Of a stretch of 64,000 bases of DNA, positions 39,200 through 52,865 are shown in pieces. Origin of the DNA: Eutreptiella sp. 'Long Island Sound 2002' (lineage: Eukaryota > Protista > Euglenida); assembly GCA_964036045.1 (NCBI GenBank), contig OZ038378.1, positions 54,560,001-54,624,000 on the forward strand. Reading direction: 5' to 3'. Within the stretch, counting starts at the first letter, position 1; every line of letters starts with the position of its first letter. The notes beneath the pieces were generated by a model, which saw nothing but the letters and a program-made list of their open reading frames with translations, ran no database searches and had not been told where the DNA came from. Position numbers and translations under genes: made by a program.

Positions 39200-41400
39200 C
39201 TCGTTAGCAAGTTACTGCTTGTAGTCAAGCCAATCCCCGACAAGACTGTTCAACTCCCGAGGAAGGAGGGTTTTGAACAACCAGGCTGGACGCTCTCCGT
39301 GAAATGGTTCATGAGGGGTGAAAGCAGCTGATGAACTCCGTTGAGAGTTCATGGTTAGAACTGTCAATGAGACCAGGTGCACCCAATCTTTGCTACGTAC
39401 CAGTTTCATAACGATACGCAGATACTGCTCGGCCACCCGATTCTATTTCTCGCACAGAGGATTAGAAATGTGGGTATAGGGCACACCTGTGGTCACCTGC
39501 ATAGTGAGTGCGTCCAGCACCCCGTTTTTTACCCGGTGTCATTGTAGATGCGCACATCTTCATCAAAGTGTACCACCTTAGGTGCTCCGTACGATTCGAA
39601 AAATGGTTCGACTAGGAGTTTCAAAGTTTGTTCCCTCGTGATTTTCTTGCTACAGGGGAACACACGAGTGAGACGGGGCAGACCATAGGTTACAACCGGA
39701 CAGCTGTGATAGCCTCCCAACCGAGGCAGGCTGTGGATATGGTCCACGTAGAGTTAGCGCAATACGGAACGGAGAGCCTAGAGATCAACCCCTTATCTGT
39801 GGCATCCCTCGCTAGCCTAATAGCCACATGCATCTACGATAAACTGCATAAGTGTCCTCCGTTGCCTGTGGGTTAGCTGAGAGTGGAAAATCTCCCTGAT
39901 AAATTCCACTGAGCGATGAGTGCCCGTGTGACATGAGCTGAGATGGGCCGACTGTAGGCACCCCTCAAGGCGTTTCTCATGGTGAAGGATTCAGTCCTCA
40001 CCATGCAGGTACTAGTTATATGTGTACCAGTTGTTGCCGTTCATGAGACGGGGCTCAAGGCGTGTGCGGAGGGTTAGGAGGACATTTTTATACTTTGTGC
40101 GGTAGTTGCTTAGACTCTAGCCCTCTAGAATTCCTGCAGTGCGCATAGAAACGTCCGTCTGGACGTACCATGCATTGGCTAACCTCTTTGGTGAGTGCCT
40201 CACAGCTCTCCCCAATAGGTGCATCGAAGCTGTTGATAGTCAATTGATACTCAGTATCTCATTTTTGATACCCTGGATGTGGTGGACGCTCAGCCGAAAT
40301 TGGCTGAGGTAGATCCCCCACCGCTTCAATTTCACTTTCTCAGGAGGGAGACCCTGCTGAAAAGTCTTCACAAGTTCCTGGTAATAGAGCGAGAAAATGG
40401 GTTTAGATTGAAGCGGATGGCTGAGTGCCTTAGTATCGCTGGACCAAAGTCTGATGTGCTCTTGGCCACTTATAAAAGACGACATTTCAAAGCAATGAGC
40501 ACTTGTGTACTTATCCGAATGTAGGAGAAGGCACCTGCATAGTAGAACAAAAAAGGTATGCACAAGAGATCAAACCTTAAGCACATATAAGGCAAGTGAG
40601 AGGGTCCCATGGCCAATGACACGATAATGTACACTACAAATGCAAACACTCCCCGAGACATTCCATTGAGCGATTAGTGATGGTGTGACGTGAGTTGAGA
40701 TGGGCCCACTATAGGCACTCATCAAGGTGTTTCTCGGCTTAAATGAGTCGGTCCTCGAAATAGAGGTACTAGTTGTCTTTGTGCTAGTTGTTCCCGTCAA
40801 TGAGACACGGCTCAAGGCGGATACTCAGGGTTTGGAGGAAAGTTTCGTACTCCAGGAGGTAGTTGCTTAGACTCCAGCCCTCTAGAATTCGGGCAGTGCG
40901 CGTCCGGCTGGACGTCCATGCGTTGGAAAACTTCTTTGGCGAGTGCCTTAGAGCTCTCCCCAATAGAAGCATCGAAGCTGTAGCGTGATATACAGTCAGC
41001 CATCTCATTTATTCTACCCTGGATGCCGTGGACGCTCGGGTCGAATTTCCTGAGGTAGATCCAGCACGGCTTCGGTTTCGCTCGGTCAGGGGGGGGGGGG
41101 GCTTCAAAAGAGTGTTCACGGGTTCTTGGTCGCAAAGCCCGACAATGGGTTTAGATTGAAGCGGAGGGCTGAGTGCTGGAGGATCCTTCCACCGAAGTGG
41201 AATGTCCTCCTAGCTACTTCTTAGAAACAACATGGCAAATCAATGAGCGGTTGTGTACTTATCAAAATAGAGCACAATCTACGTCGATGATAGAACACAA
41301 AGGTATGCATAGGAAATCACCACTTGAAGCACAGATAAGGCAAGTGAGAGGGTTCATGGCCAATGACACGATAATATAAACCACAAACCACACAAACGTC
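39200..41400 (-). mobile_element. Ty3/gypsy pol remnant (RNase H end plus integrase) with a ~750-bp tandem duplication
   Basis: RWGIYLSQFRLSVHHIQGIKNE and WIYLRKFDPSVHGIQGRINEMADCISR; AHLSSCHTG..DAC (HHCC); MDHI..VVHFDEDVR; AEQYLR. Confidence 0.85.
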
Positions 41401-41639
41401 ACATGCCTATACCGGAAGAAGACAAAACCAACACACAAAATAGGCCGGGGGTGCATGTGCACACCAATAGAGACACCATGTGCAAAAATGATGGGACATG
41501 TGTGCACCATGCCATTGATGTGATGCATGGTGACACACATCACGATGGAACTCACAAATGTGAAGATGACTCAAATGGGGCAGAAATGATGAAGAAACTG
41601 GCTTGGGGCATTACAAAAAAAAGCCCCCGCCCCGGCGTC

Positions 41640-43958
41640 CGCCTGGTTGCTTATCTCCGCCCGGGTGGCGGGGCAGCGGGCCCACGGGGGAACATTTTGC
41701 CCCGTGGGCAGCGATGGCTCGGAAACCATGAGCGTGGGCGCCAAAGGGGGTGATGACCGCACACAGCCTTTAGTGCACGTCGATGACGTGGACTCCATAA
41801 TAGCCAATCCTTGGCACGAGGATACCCCAGGCACTGCGGTCCGAGTGGAGCTTTCTCTCTCTGGCCAGGGAGGTCTGCCCCCAGCGGGGGATGTGCACAT
41901 CCTGAGGGATGCCCCTCCAGCCCTCCGGGAGGCAAAGGCGCCATCCAGTTTGGGGCGAAGTCCGTCTACAAGATTGACGCGGACACCCCGGTGGAGGTTG
42001 TGGTGGAGGACTCTCCCACCCTCTCTTTAATCCCGGACCCGGAAGCTTCCGGGCATGGCGCCTCCACACTCCCTGCGGCCCCTCCGGGCGATTTGGGGGG
42101 GGGGGGGCTGGGCACACAACGCGCGGGTGGGCGAGCAGGTGCCTCCTAAACAGGGGACGGCGGGGGGCGCCCTTGGCGGCCCCGCGGGATCCGGCCCGAC
42201 GGAGGCCCCTTGTTCGGCTGGAAGTGGATGGAAACCGAGCCTACCCCCTGCGGGAGACCGAGAGGGCGGCACTCGGGCTGTTGAATTCACAGGTCTTGTC
42301 TTATCGCGGGAGCCCCCCGCCAGGCGGGCGTCCAACCAAGGAGCCCCCCCAGCAGACCTATTCGCCGCAAGGGCCGCGTGGATTACTTGACACCCCTGCC
42401 TGCCTTCCGGTACCACGTCCCACAAGGCGGTGCAGCAGCAGCCCAAGGGGAGTACAATCAACCGAGAAAATATGGGATAATCCGCCATCACCGGCCTTTT
42501 GGTGGTCGAGCCGCGTTCTCCCGTTCGGAGGGCGCACCTCTCCGGGTCACCGAGTTCGAAGGGGAGTTGGAGGACGCTCAAGCCACATGTCAAACGCTTC
42601 CGCCCGTAAATGGACGCCACATGAATGAAGTGATGGGGGCCCGGGCGGACCTCCGCCTGGCGGAGAATGATATGGCCATAGCACGCACACACCACGCGCC
42701 GGTCAGTGGGGAGTTGGTGCAGAAATGTCTCCGCACACGCACCTGGAGGGGGGAGGCGGATGTCTAGAAGTGGCGGACGCCCAACGGGCGGCAACGGACG
42801 TGGCCAAAGTGGTGGAGGAGCGCCTCAACCGTCCTCCCCCAAATCTTGCAGGCTATGCACATGGTGCGTGACGAGCGCCCGTCCCAATTTGCGGTGGAGC
42901 AAGCGCTGCGTGGGTGGGTTCCGGAGGGCTAGGGCCCACCCTCAACGTCCCACCGCAATTTGTAGGAATTGAGTGGTTTGCTCGTTCGCGTTGCTATTCT
43001 GCGCGTGGAACCGCCGCCGTCCTTGGCGTCCCTCCCTCGGCGGCTCCAGGTCACTTTGCAACCGTGCCTTCGGTTTCCAACGGAAGCTGTGGGTCGGGGC
43101 CACCATCGAGTCGGGACCGGAGAGCCCTTGCCAAGCCGCCTTTCCCCCGGCACACAAGCGGCGAGATCATGTCCGTGTCGGTCGACATTCTACCGCGGCA
43201 TCTTAGCAGTGAAACTATCGGGCACGGCGGTCCTTAAGAGACTAAAGTTTTTTTTTTGGCAAGGACCGCCATTAAGAACCGCCCCAAACGACCACCACCT
43301 GCGAGCTGCCACCTGCCACCAACCGCCAAAGGCCACCAAACGCGAACCACCAACCGCCAACCACGACCAAATGCCAAACGTCAACCGCTGTCAAACGCCA
43401 CGGACCACCTAGCACCAACTGCCGGCTGCCGCCAACCGCAGCCAACGGCCGCCAGCCACCAACCGCCAACCACCAACCGGCAATCTGCATCAGTCGCCAA
43501 CCGCCAATGGCCACCAACCATGGTTGAACATACGAGCTACACGCGGTCGTGTTTGAAAAAACAATGCTCCGGAACAATTTCTTTTTCTGTTAAGGACAGA
43601 CTTGCCAGCGGGGGGGTACCGGCGAGACCCGTCACACCCAACCCAGCAACGCCTGGTGCTGGCGGTGGGTGGCCCTTCGGCACCCTGGGCCGTGAGGGAC
43701 TCCGCTCCCAGGTGGTGCGGCCAAACGGGGTGGCTCAGGAGGGGTAGTTGGAGGAAGCCCAGAAGTTGCACCTATTCCTAGCCACGAGGGTACATATGCC
43801 GCTGGAGTCCCCACGGAGCAAGCTGCGTAGCCAATGCATGGCCCAGGGCAAGCTCCTTCTCGAGCAGCCCCAGCTGGATCAACTTTTGCAGCCGTATGTT
43901 CCGGAACGCCGTGGAGCCCCCGACCTGTCACCCACCGCGCCCGACGTGTTCGAGCCAG
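41640..43958 (+). pseudogene. Unidentified degenerate coding sequence; continues at 60787-61450 beyond element B
   Basis: ORF 43748 joins ORF 60801 in frame when element B and a 2-bp TSD are removed (PDVFEP-ERAAL-VVAVPKAN); possible chromo-like ADGVLDHIEGNSDKQYTYEW near 61070. Confidence 0.5.
43223..43604. mobile_element. 382-bp hAT-family MITE
   Basis: TIRs CACGGCGGTCCTTAA / CAAGTCTGTCCTTAA resemble those of the hAT at 47785; 8-bp flanks CTATCGGG / CCAGCGGG match at 6/8. Confidence 0.75.
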
Positions 43959-44250
43959 TTTGGTAAAACCGAGAGAGGGGTACCAGGAACCCCCCCCCCC
44001 CCTTCTCGGATTGGGATGACCCCACCTCCAAACCAGACACACGTAGGTGGCCCAATTGGACGGGCGGTGTTTTCATAGCCTCTTGGGTGCCTACATGTAC
44101 AAAACTTTCGGTCCCAGTCCAAACGGCCCAAATGGGCCGTTTTTGTACTTGCCTTCTCGGACGTGCCCGGGGGTTCCCACAAGCACTGTTTGATTGAAAA
44201 CCCCTTCTCAAAGTGACTGCTCGGCCTACTTTCTGATCAGGAACGCTGTC

Positions 44251-46013
44251 TCAAAAAGACTTCTCGGACCCCTTTGCTAATTTTGAACATGCACAAGTGT
44301 CGCAATACATACAATTCCCCAAGTCCATGTTATTCACTTGTGTTCTCTCCTTTTGCCCTCTTCCTATCCTGGTAGATGGGCTCCCAACACATTTCAGCCC
44401 GACATCCAATCCATACATGTTGAGCAAATGCCGCATGCCCCTCACGGAGACACGTGGATTCTTCAGCGACCACCCACGGAGGGTATTTTGAATGTGCAGT
44501 TCATAGGCCGAGTTCCTCGTCTCGGTCGGCACCGAACTACCGAAGTACATTGCGCGGTACTTGCGCACAAACCATCCACTATGGCACACTGTCTAATGCA
44601 CCCATACCGTTGCCTTTCACCCCATCAAGTGCCAACATTGCCCCAATTGTTTGGCCGATCTTTCAGCTTCCTCAACCTCAACATCCGAAAGGTAGACCTT
44701 TTTGCGCCACAAGGTGCGGAGGTGGGTTAGGGCAAGCAACATGGTGTGCACTACGGTGTACACCTTTCTTGACTGATTGGGGGCCTTATGGTTGGGGTAT
44801 TCCTTGAGTAGGTCAACTACTCTTTGTTGGTACTGAATGTCATCTACAAAGACACGCGCGGAAGTTAGGTCAAAGGCATCCTTCTTTGTTGCACGCAAGG
44901 CCACACGGTCTGCTTGAGGGATGTTTTGTAAGGCTTGCATCAAGTTGCCCCACACATCCTTTTGGCAGCCAATCACTCCCCGACCGTGTTCTTCTTGCAC
45001 CAAAGAGGAGAAGTTTTGCTGCAACCTCTTTGAGGTTGCACTGCAAAGACGGGGAAGTGCATGGGCATAGTCCCCAACACGCCGCGGGGGCGGGATGGCC
45101 CGGAGGAAAGCCCCCCACCTCACTTGTTCATTAACCCGCTTTAACGGTTCAAGGCCGTCATGGTCGTCACATGACCAACACTTTCCGTCCTGGGAGTCGT
45201 TGGCGACCCGCATGTCCTTCCCGTCGCCCATCATGCCCACGTCATACCCGAAAACCGTGCCGTCCTCGAAGGGCACACGGCGGTTCGACTGCAAATGTTC
45301 AATTTGGGCGTTGAGCCCTGCCTGGGCGTCCATTACACATAGACGACCACGGTCGTCACTGCTGTGCATGACCCACCACGTTACACAATTGCCTGGGTTC
45401 CCCGCACTGGCCTGGACACCACGCCAAACCGCAACAAAAACATCGCAGCGGGCGGCAACGGCCCGCCACAACGGCGTGGCGTCCATGCATACCGACACGG
45501 GGATCTTGTTCGTGCCCCTGGGGGGGGGGGGGGGTGAACAACCCTTGTTCTTGTGCAAGGTGCACTTGCTCACGTACAAGAAACGCCAAAGACACCCCAG
45601 CTGCCGCACGTTTCTTGCCCCCGTGTCCCCACACACTCACGGCCACGGCATCGTACGGCGTTATCGCAGGCCTTGCCTCATAGAACTCATCAGAAGTGCA
45701 CCTACGACGCAACCACGATGTCCGCTGCATAGACAGCTGCATTGCACGAGCACGGCGCAACACATCAACGGCATATCCGTTGACGTTAGCAGCCGCCCAT
45801 CACCTCCCCTGCATTCTCCATAGTGCCACCCACCAAGGAAACCACACTGGTGGCATCGCGACGAAAAGACACCTCCGGAACCTGGAGGATTGCCCGCACC
45901 ACGAGCTGCGCCAGTGCCAGCCACTCATGTAGCTGGTCTGGCCGAAGTTCAAAGTAGGGCTTGCGTAGCATTTTGCGAGCCTCAGCCTCAAAGGATGCCC
46001 TCATGCGGACCAT
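44251..46013 (-). pseudogene. Element B RAG1/Transib-like DDE transposase
   Basis: VCMDATPLW (D1); MMGDGKDM (D2); KCWSCD; RVGDYAH; TVWVH*TVCH; E lies 20 residues after the second His (VPTETRN), as for RAG1 H942-E962. Two Trp-to-stop changes and frameshifts. Confidence 0.85.
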
Positions 46014-48098
46014 CTAGAAAACATAGGCACCTGGTGTCCAAACAGGAAGTGCCCGGTAACCCCATTTCAAGAACCCTTTTCTGATCAGGAACACTACCGG
46101 GAGCCCCGTTTCAGGAAGCCCTTTCTGATCTGGAACCCCTTCCTGGATTGACTTCTCGGGTAAGTTTCTCATCAATCAAGAACCCCTTCTCATATTCACT
46201 TCTCGCATAACTTTCTGATTTGAGGCCATGCGCTATTCCTCAGGACTACTGCTTCATGTTCCAGACGTGTTACCGCTCTGCATGAGACACGTGCACACAC
46301 CCCCCTCCCTCCAAGAACATACTCCCTGAAACAAACACGCACAACCTTCCTTCACCTCTTTGCTTGACGATGGTCCAAGTGTTGACACTTTTTGCCCAAA
46401 AGAAGATGTGTACAAAAGAGACAGACAGTGGAAGCCAGCTGCAACAAACCTGCTGCAAGGTGGGCAACATTGTGCACAATATCCATAGAGGTATATATAT
46501 GGGCGTACTTGTGGGCGCACCTAGCTGCCGCGCACCGTGTGCTCAACGGCTACCTAATGACGCACAGGCGCTATTCCCGTCACCAAAACCCGTGACTGCC
46601 CCTAACCCCCTCTCCATGAAGCATGAGATGCACACGTGTTTACCGCCGCTGCACTGTGTGTCACATCTATCACATGTAACCGTGGTGCTCGTCCTACGTC
46701 GTACACTTTGAGTACACCTTTTCCCAGGGAAAATGGCATCCAACTTTTTGATTTTACTTGAGAGGGTCGCTACGACTTTTCCTCGTGGTTTTCCGAGTGG
46801 GTCGTGTAGGGGCAGCCTACACGAGCTGCGGGTAAAATTACGGGCACCCTTGACGGGTCATCCGTGTAGGGGCAGCCTACACAAGCTGCGGGTAAAATTA
46901 CCTATTGGCTAGGAGCTGCCTGCGGCGGCACGATAACCCGGACAAGCGGTTTGGGGGGCCTCTTCCGAGTCGAAGAAGGTCCCCGCACAACTGTCCTGGT
47001 ACTTTGCCACTCTGGCGGCTCCGCTAGTCCTGGACCCCTGCAGTCATACCGCACCTCATGGGTCCGGGTGCTGCCATCGGGTGCAGCGTCAGGCATGGCG
47101 GGCAGAAAAAAAAGGCAAAAGAAATATGGTATGTCAGAATGTCTCACAATGTATCACAAGCAAAACCCAACTCGATTAACATCGGCTCGTTTTGCAAAGA
47201 AAAGCGGCTTTTGTCCATGTCCCTGGATGACCACACCAGTCCCCGTGTCGCTCTTCCCTCCTGGCATCCTAGGAGGTTAGCCGCGCCGCCGGGGCTCCGC
47301 GGACTGTTTTTCCGAAAGGAGAGGGGTCGGTTGGTGGTCGTCCAAAATAAAAGGGAACGAAAAAAAGGAACCAACTGTTTTGCCTTCTCCATTTGGGGGG
47401 GGGGGGGGGGCTTGGGGGAGGGGGTCAGCATGGTCTATGGTGTATGCGTCACAGTTTTATCGGGCATAACAATGAAAAGATCCTGCAAAAGTGGATAGGA
47501 CATTAATTATCACAAAAGGGGCATGCCGGTCGGATCACAAAAATTCAGTTTCCTCGCTTTTGAAAATTGGCAGGGTGGGGTTACAGGGGTTGGGGCATAA
47601 CGGCTAGCAGGTCAAACAAAAAGGTACATAAAAAAATTCTCCGGAGCATCATGTTCCTTTACCTCTTTTTCAGGAAGGCAAAGCCTACACAAGCTGCGGG
47701 TAAAATTACGGGCATGAGGTGCAGAAAGACAGGATGAGGCCGACAACCCCCGCCCCTCAAAGTGGTGTATTCCACCACCATACCCAGGGCCGTCCTTAAC
47801 TCAAAAAAAAAAAAGTGGTTCCAGAACCAGGTAATTTCAAAAGAGCCCGCGGACAGTACATGTCTTCACCCCGGTGTTCCCAATGGTTCAACCATGAGTC
47901 CCTAGCCCCAAATTGCTCTCAGCACACAACCATATGATCCTAGCCCCACATGTGTTGCATGATAGAATCAGAACCCTACGTCACACCCTGCACAATTCAA
48001 CATGAACAAGGACAATACTTTTTCTGATCAAATACAGTGCTGCAGCGTTCGACCACCCCAATGTTCCGTCGCCGGTGGCACAGCTAAAAACAAACTCC

Positions 48099-49559
48099 CT
48101 ACTGCTGGTACAACCTCGGGAAGTGCACCCTGACACGCTCCATAAGCTCGCCCTTCCCCCCGCTCACACTCAAACCATGCTTCCTACAAATGGCCTTGAA
48201 CTCAACTTTAGTCCACTCTTGCAACCTCCCCCTCTCCATTGCCTTCAACACCGCCTCATCCACATCATACCGAAACACCAACTGCGCGGCAGGGTTAGAA
48301 GAGGTGGAGGGGACAGCCGAGGGGTTACGAAGGTCAGAAGAGGAGCTACTGCCAACTGCACCTGCTCCAAATCCTCGTCCTCACTGTCTTCGTCCTCACC
48401 CTCCAACTCAACCCCATACACATCGCCAATGTCGGCGTCACGTGTCGCCCTTTTGGGGACAACCCACAAATCTCGTATGTCCAACGGAACCTCTGGCCGT
48501 CACATAGCTAAAAACTCTCTCACACGAACACGAGCTTGCCTCAACCCAATCCTCCAGGTTAGCACTACCATCCCACTCAGTTCGCTTGAATCGTGTCTGC
48601 ACGTCCTCAATCAAATTGCGAAGAAAATTCATCCGGCTACCCTTGATGACGCTACTCCCTACGTCAACACCCAACGATTCCTCCCACCCCCCTGGAATGA
48701 CATGACGCGTGGTGTGCAACAGCTGCGTGCATATCACGTTCATCAAACCCTGCACGGCGGCGACCCGTGGCCCCTTGGTCGCTTGAACTTTCTTGCTTGT
48801 GGCACAAACCACAGCAAAAACATCGCAAAAAAAGGCCGCCGCCAACTTGAAGAGGGGGTGCGAAAGTGCATCGAACAAGCCCTAGGCCTTCTCCCTCCGC
48901 CCCAGGTCAGCCTCGTGACTAATGTACTCGGGCAAGTGTTCCAGAACAGCAGGCCGATTCTCTAGCACAAGATCCAGCTCGTGGAACATCGCTTCCACCC
49001 AACCCACACCAGTGCGGCGGGAGAAACAAAACTTCCCCCCCTTGCGCCACAACCCCCGCATGCGCTTGGAGCTGGTCTTGTAGAAGCAGGCCAAGAAGGA
49101 CACCAAATCATCCAGTGCATCGTACCACAGCTTGACCTTTCCCTTTCCCGTGCTGATCGGTCGCATCAGGCAATGTGCCGCATCCTTCGCCCAACCAATG
49201 AGTTCCTTCCCCCCTTTCTCCCTTATATCGTTCGGCAGACCCATATAGGCACCCATAGTGCCGGCACCATCCGAGACCACTGCGATGATGCGCTCCTCGA
49301 TCACCTTCCACTCAATGCCTAGCTGGTCAAACACCTTCCGGACGGTGTCATCGTACAGTTGAGCATTCGCCACATCAGGGTCATCATCGGCGGTTTCACT
49401 CCCTTCCCCCCCCTCCCTCCCCTGGGGTCGCACCATGTGAGCAAGGCCAACAAAAATTTCTTCCTCTGGAGTGCGCACAAAAACTGCAAGTGGCTCACTC
49501 TTGGCCCCCCTTCGAGCGCCAGCATCCAGCACAATTGCAACCTTCCGTGCTCTCAACAC
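48099..49559 (-). pseudogene. hAT transposase (N-terminus lost) with a C-terminal SAP-like motif
   Basis: VAIVLDAG (D); AVVSDGAGTM (D); DAAHCL (CxxH position); SCSCERVFS (E); WTKVEFKAICRKHGLSVSGGKGELMERV. Confidence 0.85.
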
Positions 49560-49580
49560 ACGGTTCCTTGTTCGCCGGCG

Positions 49581-49910
49581 AAATGGCTACCTCACCCCTG
49601 CCGTATCAGGGATCCCCACAGCTTCAGAGCGGGGAGCAAAATCAGAAGTGGCCCACAAGTGGGCAAAATGGCTACCTCACCACTGCCGTATCGGGGATCC
49701 CCACCGCTTCAGAGCGGGGGGCAAAATCAGAAGTGGCCCACATGTGGGCAAAATGGCTACCTCGCCCCTGCCGTATCGGGGATCCCCACCGCTTCAGAGC
49801 GGGGGGCAAAATCAGAAGTGGCCCACAAATGGGCCAAATGGCTACCTCACCCCTGCCGTCTCGGGGATCCCCACCGCTGCAGAGCGGGGGGCAAAATCAG
49901 AAGTGGTGCC
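49581..49910. repeat. 85-bp tandem repeat, 4 copies, replacing the hAT 5' coding region
   Basis: AAATGGCTAC at 49581, 49666, 49751 and 49836. Confidence 0.95.
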
Positions 49911-50327
49911 CAAAAGAGGTCCGGGGGGGTAGACATGGCCCGCGTTCGGTCGGGGCAAAAAGGCCTCTAGGGCTGTCCTTAAGGGCTGTCCTTAACAAAA
50001 AAAAGACTCGTCCCTTAAGGACGGCCTTGACCATACCCCCTTCCATCCTATGACTTTTAGGTACTGAAACATGTTCCCTATGCCAAGGGGACCCCCTGGA
50101 CACCGGTGCCGCCATGTGCGCACGCCCCATGCGTATTTCGGAAAACCCCACGACAGCCCGAAGGCAGCCCTTGTCCTCACGACAACCCCCCTATCTTGGT
50201 TCGGCTGTCTTACGACACCGCCGTGTCTTGACACTTGTCGCGAACCCCTGTCCTAAGACAGCCCCCTGTCTCGGCACTTGTCCCACAACCCTGTCGGAAA
50301 GCACCATTTTGGATTTCATCCATCTCC

Positions 50328-52005
50328 TTAAGCCTTTCGTCGTCCGATGCGTCGCTTCTTGTCCTTTGTGTCCTGCAACGCATGCCACATCCGCAAGCCC
50401 ACGTCAAGAGGATCAAGCTTCAGTACACGGGTGAATGCTTGTGCACTAAAATAGGGGCGCAATATTTCATAACTAGAAATGAACGGCGGGTGTCCATCTG
50501 AAACTCCACGTTACGCCTTTCCGTGGGGATGCTGGAAAAAAATCCAAATTGCGGTACTCAGCCGCAAACCACCCAGAATGGACACATGTCCAATGTACCC
50601 ACACTGTGGGTTGCCATTGCAACGCACGCCAATCGTTGGCAAACTACCCCACAGCCCGCCTATACGACTCCACCTCCTTATTGGTCAAACGAATCTTGCT
50701 CGACCACCACTTTTCCATATACCACAAACTTAGGAGCATGCGCTGGATCACGGCATGCAGGGGGATGCTTGTCCCGCCTACAAACACAAGCTCTTGAGGT
50801 CCCACATGCTGTTGAATAAGCTGCACAACTTTCGCGTGGTTTGCCTGATCTCGGGCAAACCACCTTCCCCCCGCTAGATCAAAGATACCGTCCTTAGTGG
50901 GCCGCGGTGCGTCCTTGAATTCGGATGGGATGTGGGCGGCTGCTTGCATCACGGATTGCACTACATTCCGCAGCAAAGGGCCGAGGGCACGGGCTTGTGA
51001 AATGCGGCCATCCGAACATAACCTTTTGAAAATTGCATTTACTATTCTACAACACCAATGTACCATGTCTCCAACACGACGTGTTGGGGGTAGGGAAACG
51101 AGGAAAGCCCCCCGTCGGATGGAAATTATAAAATCAGTAGGGCGGAAGATGTCACCTCCAAAATCCTCAAATGCAAGGTCACAATGCCAACAACGGCATT
51201 TAAGTTTCGTGTGCCCAGTGCACATCCTTTTCCCATCTCCCGTTAACAACCATTCCACCTCAACGGTCACGGTGGGGGTGGCAATCGCATTGCGTTGTAG
51301 CTCACCCACCTGGGCATCTACTTGCCCCAACTTGTCGGCTAGACGCAAGGGGTTGGCATCATCAGATCCATCGAACGTGAACCACGTGGACCACAAACTA
51401 GGCCTCCCCAATATCTGCTAGTCGTGGTACACGTCCCCACGTGTGGCACTTGCCTTCCAAAGAGGGGTGGAATCCACACAAACGACATTACGAAACTTCG
51501 GAGGTGCGCGGCCTTGGGGTTGTTGCATGTAGTGCAACTTCACGCGTTGCTCCACCACGTCCCGGACGTTGAAGAGGGCCCCGCGAAGAGCAGGTCCCGC
51601 ACTGGGCTTGAACACCACCGGCTGTGCCTCGTAGGGGATGAGGGCTTGGCGCACCTGTCGTAGGGTGGTCCTCCTACATGTCCTCGGGAGTTTGTCCAAA
51701 TTGCGGACAGAGACTTTCATCCATCGGAACTGGCCCTTCAACAAAACTGCCTCCTCCTCACTCTCGTCGCAGTCCTCAAACTCCCCCTGTAGCCGCAGGG
51801 TGTGATGCCCTTTGGTGTCCGTGATGATCTTGGTGGGTTTTTGCACAATTGCCGTGGCGGCTTTCTCAAGCATGCGCAAGCGCTCATGGCGCCATCGGTT
51901 GGACAAAGTCCGACTAGGTCCCAAGTGAAGCTTGGCCACACTAGAGCATAGGGTGTCAAGAATGTCAGACAGGCTGTCAGAGGCCATTTTCGTGTCATCA
52001 AACAA
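50328..52005 (-). pseudogene. Element A RAG1/Transib-like DDE transposase
   Basis: VCVDSTPLW; LLTGDGKRM; RCWHCD; RVGDMVH; PTVWVHWTCVHSGWFAAEYRNLDFFSSIPTERRN; in-frame stops at 51418 and 50644. Confidence 0.87.
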
Positions 52006-52865
52006 TGCAACACCATGCAGCAGGTAACGAAAGCCATAACTTTCTCACACGGTGTGTTCAAGGCAGGTTAATAAGACAGGGGTCATGACACGGGTCTGTC
52101 TCAAGACAGGTTACCAAGACAGGTACTAAGAAAGGGGGGCTGTCGCCGGACAGACCCATGTCTTAGTAACTATCTTGGTGACCTTTCGCCGGGCAGCCCC
52201 ACTGTGTTAGTACTTGTCTTTGTAACCTGTTTTGCGACATGCCCCTGTCCCAACCCCTGCCTCGGTGTGCGGTCGTGGTTTCCCATCACCTTCATTCTCG
52301 GTGCATGTAGAGGAACCAAACTTCCACCCCCCCTGCAGTACGGTGGGATACACCCTTTTTGCATTGTGATCACGGCAAGCATCAGTGTTGCGTACATTCC
52401 ATTGCATGGCGCATCGATTGTCATTCCGTGCTGCACTACCACATTGCAACTCGGGTTCAGTTCATATTGCTTCTATGGTCTTTAAAGGAAGCTGAGCACC
52501 GTGGCACAACGAATTCTGCCGTCGGCTGACCGTAACGCCACCAATGCAAACAAACGAAAAAAATGTATATCAGGCTCACATAGTGGAGCCACGTGACGAC
52601 CAGGTAACACAATTCAAAATGAAAATCAGGCACACAGATTGAAAAATGTTGCACACTCTGTGCGACTCATGCAAATTGGGATGGATGCATTGACACACAC
52701 CCCTCCCCCTGGTGGAGGAAGAGGGTTGGTCACCTCCCTATATCATAAAGACCCTGCCAGGACCCCCAGGTAGGGGGTGACGGCAAAGTGTTCCTGGGGG
52801 AAAGGGGACAGTGCCAATGCTGAAAAAACCCAAAAGGGACAACCTTGCATCGGAGTGGATTGGCC

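Larger units (their letters stand above)
47785..50029 (-). mobile_element. hAT DNA transposon; 15-bp TIRs; perfect 8-bp TSD ACCATACC
   Basis: CAGGGCCGTCCTTAA / CAAGGCCGTCCTTAA; TSD at 47777-47784 and 50030-50037. Confidence 0.95.
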
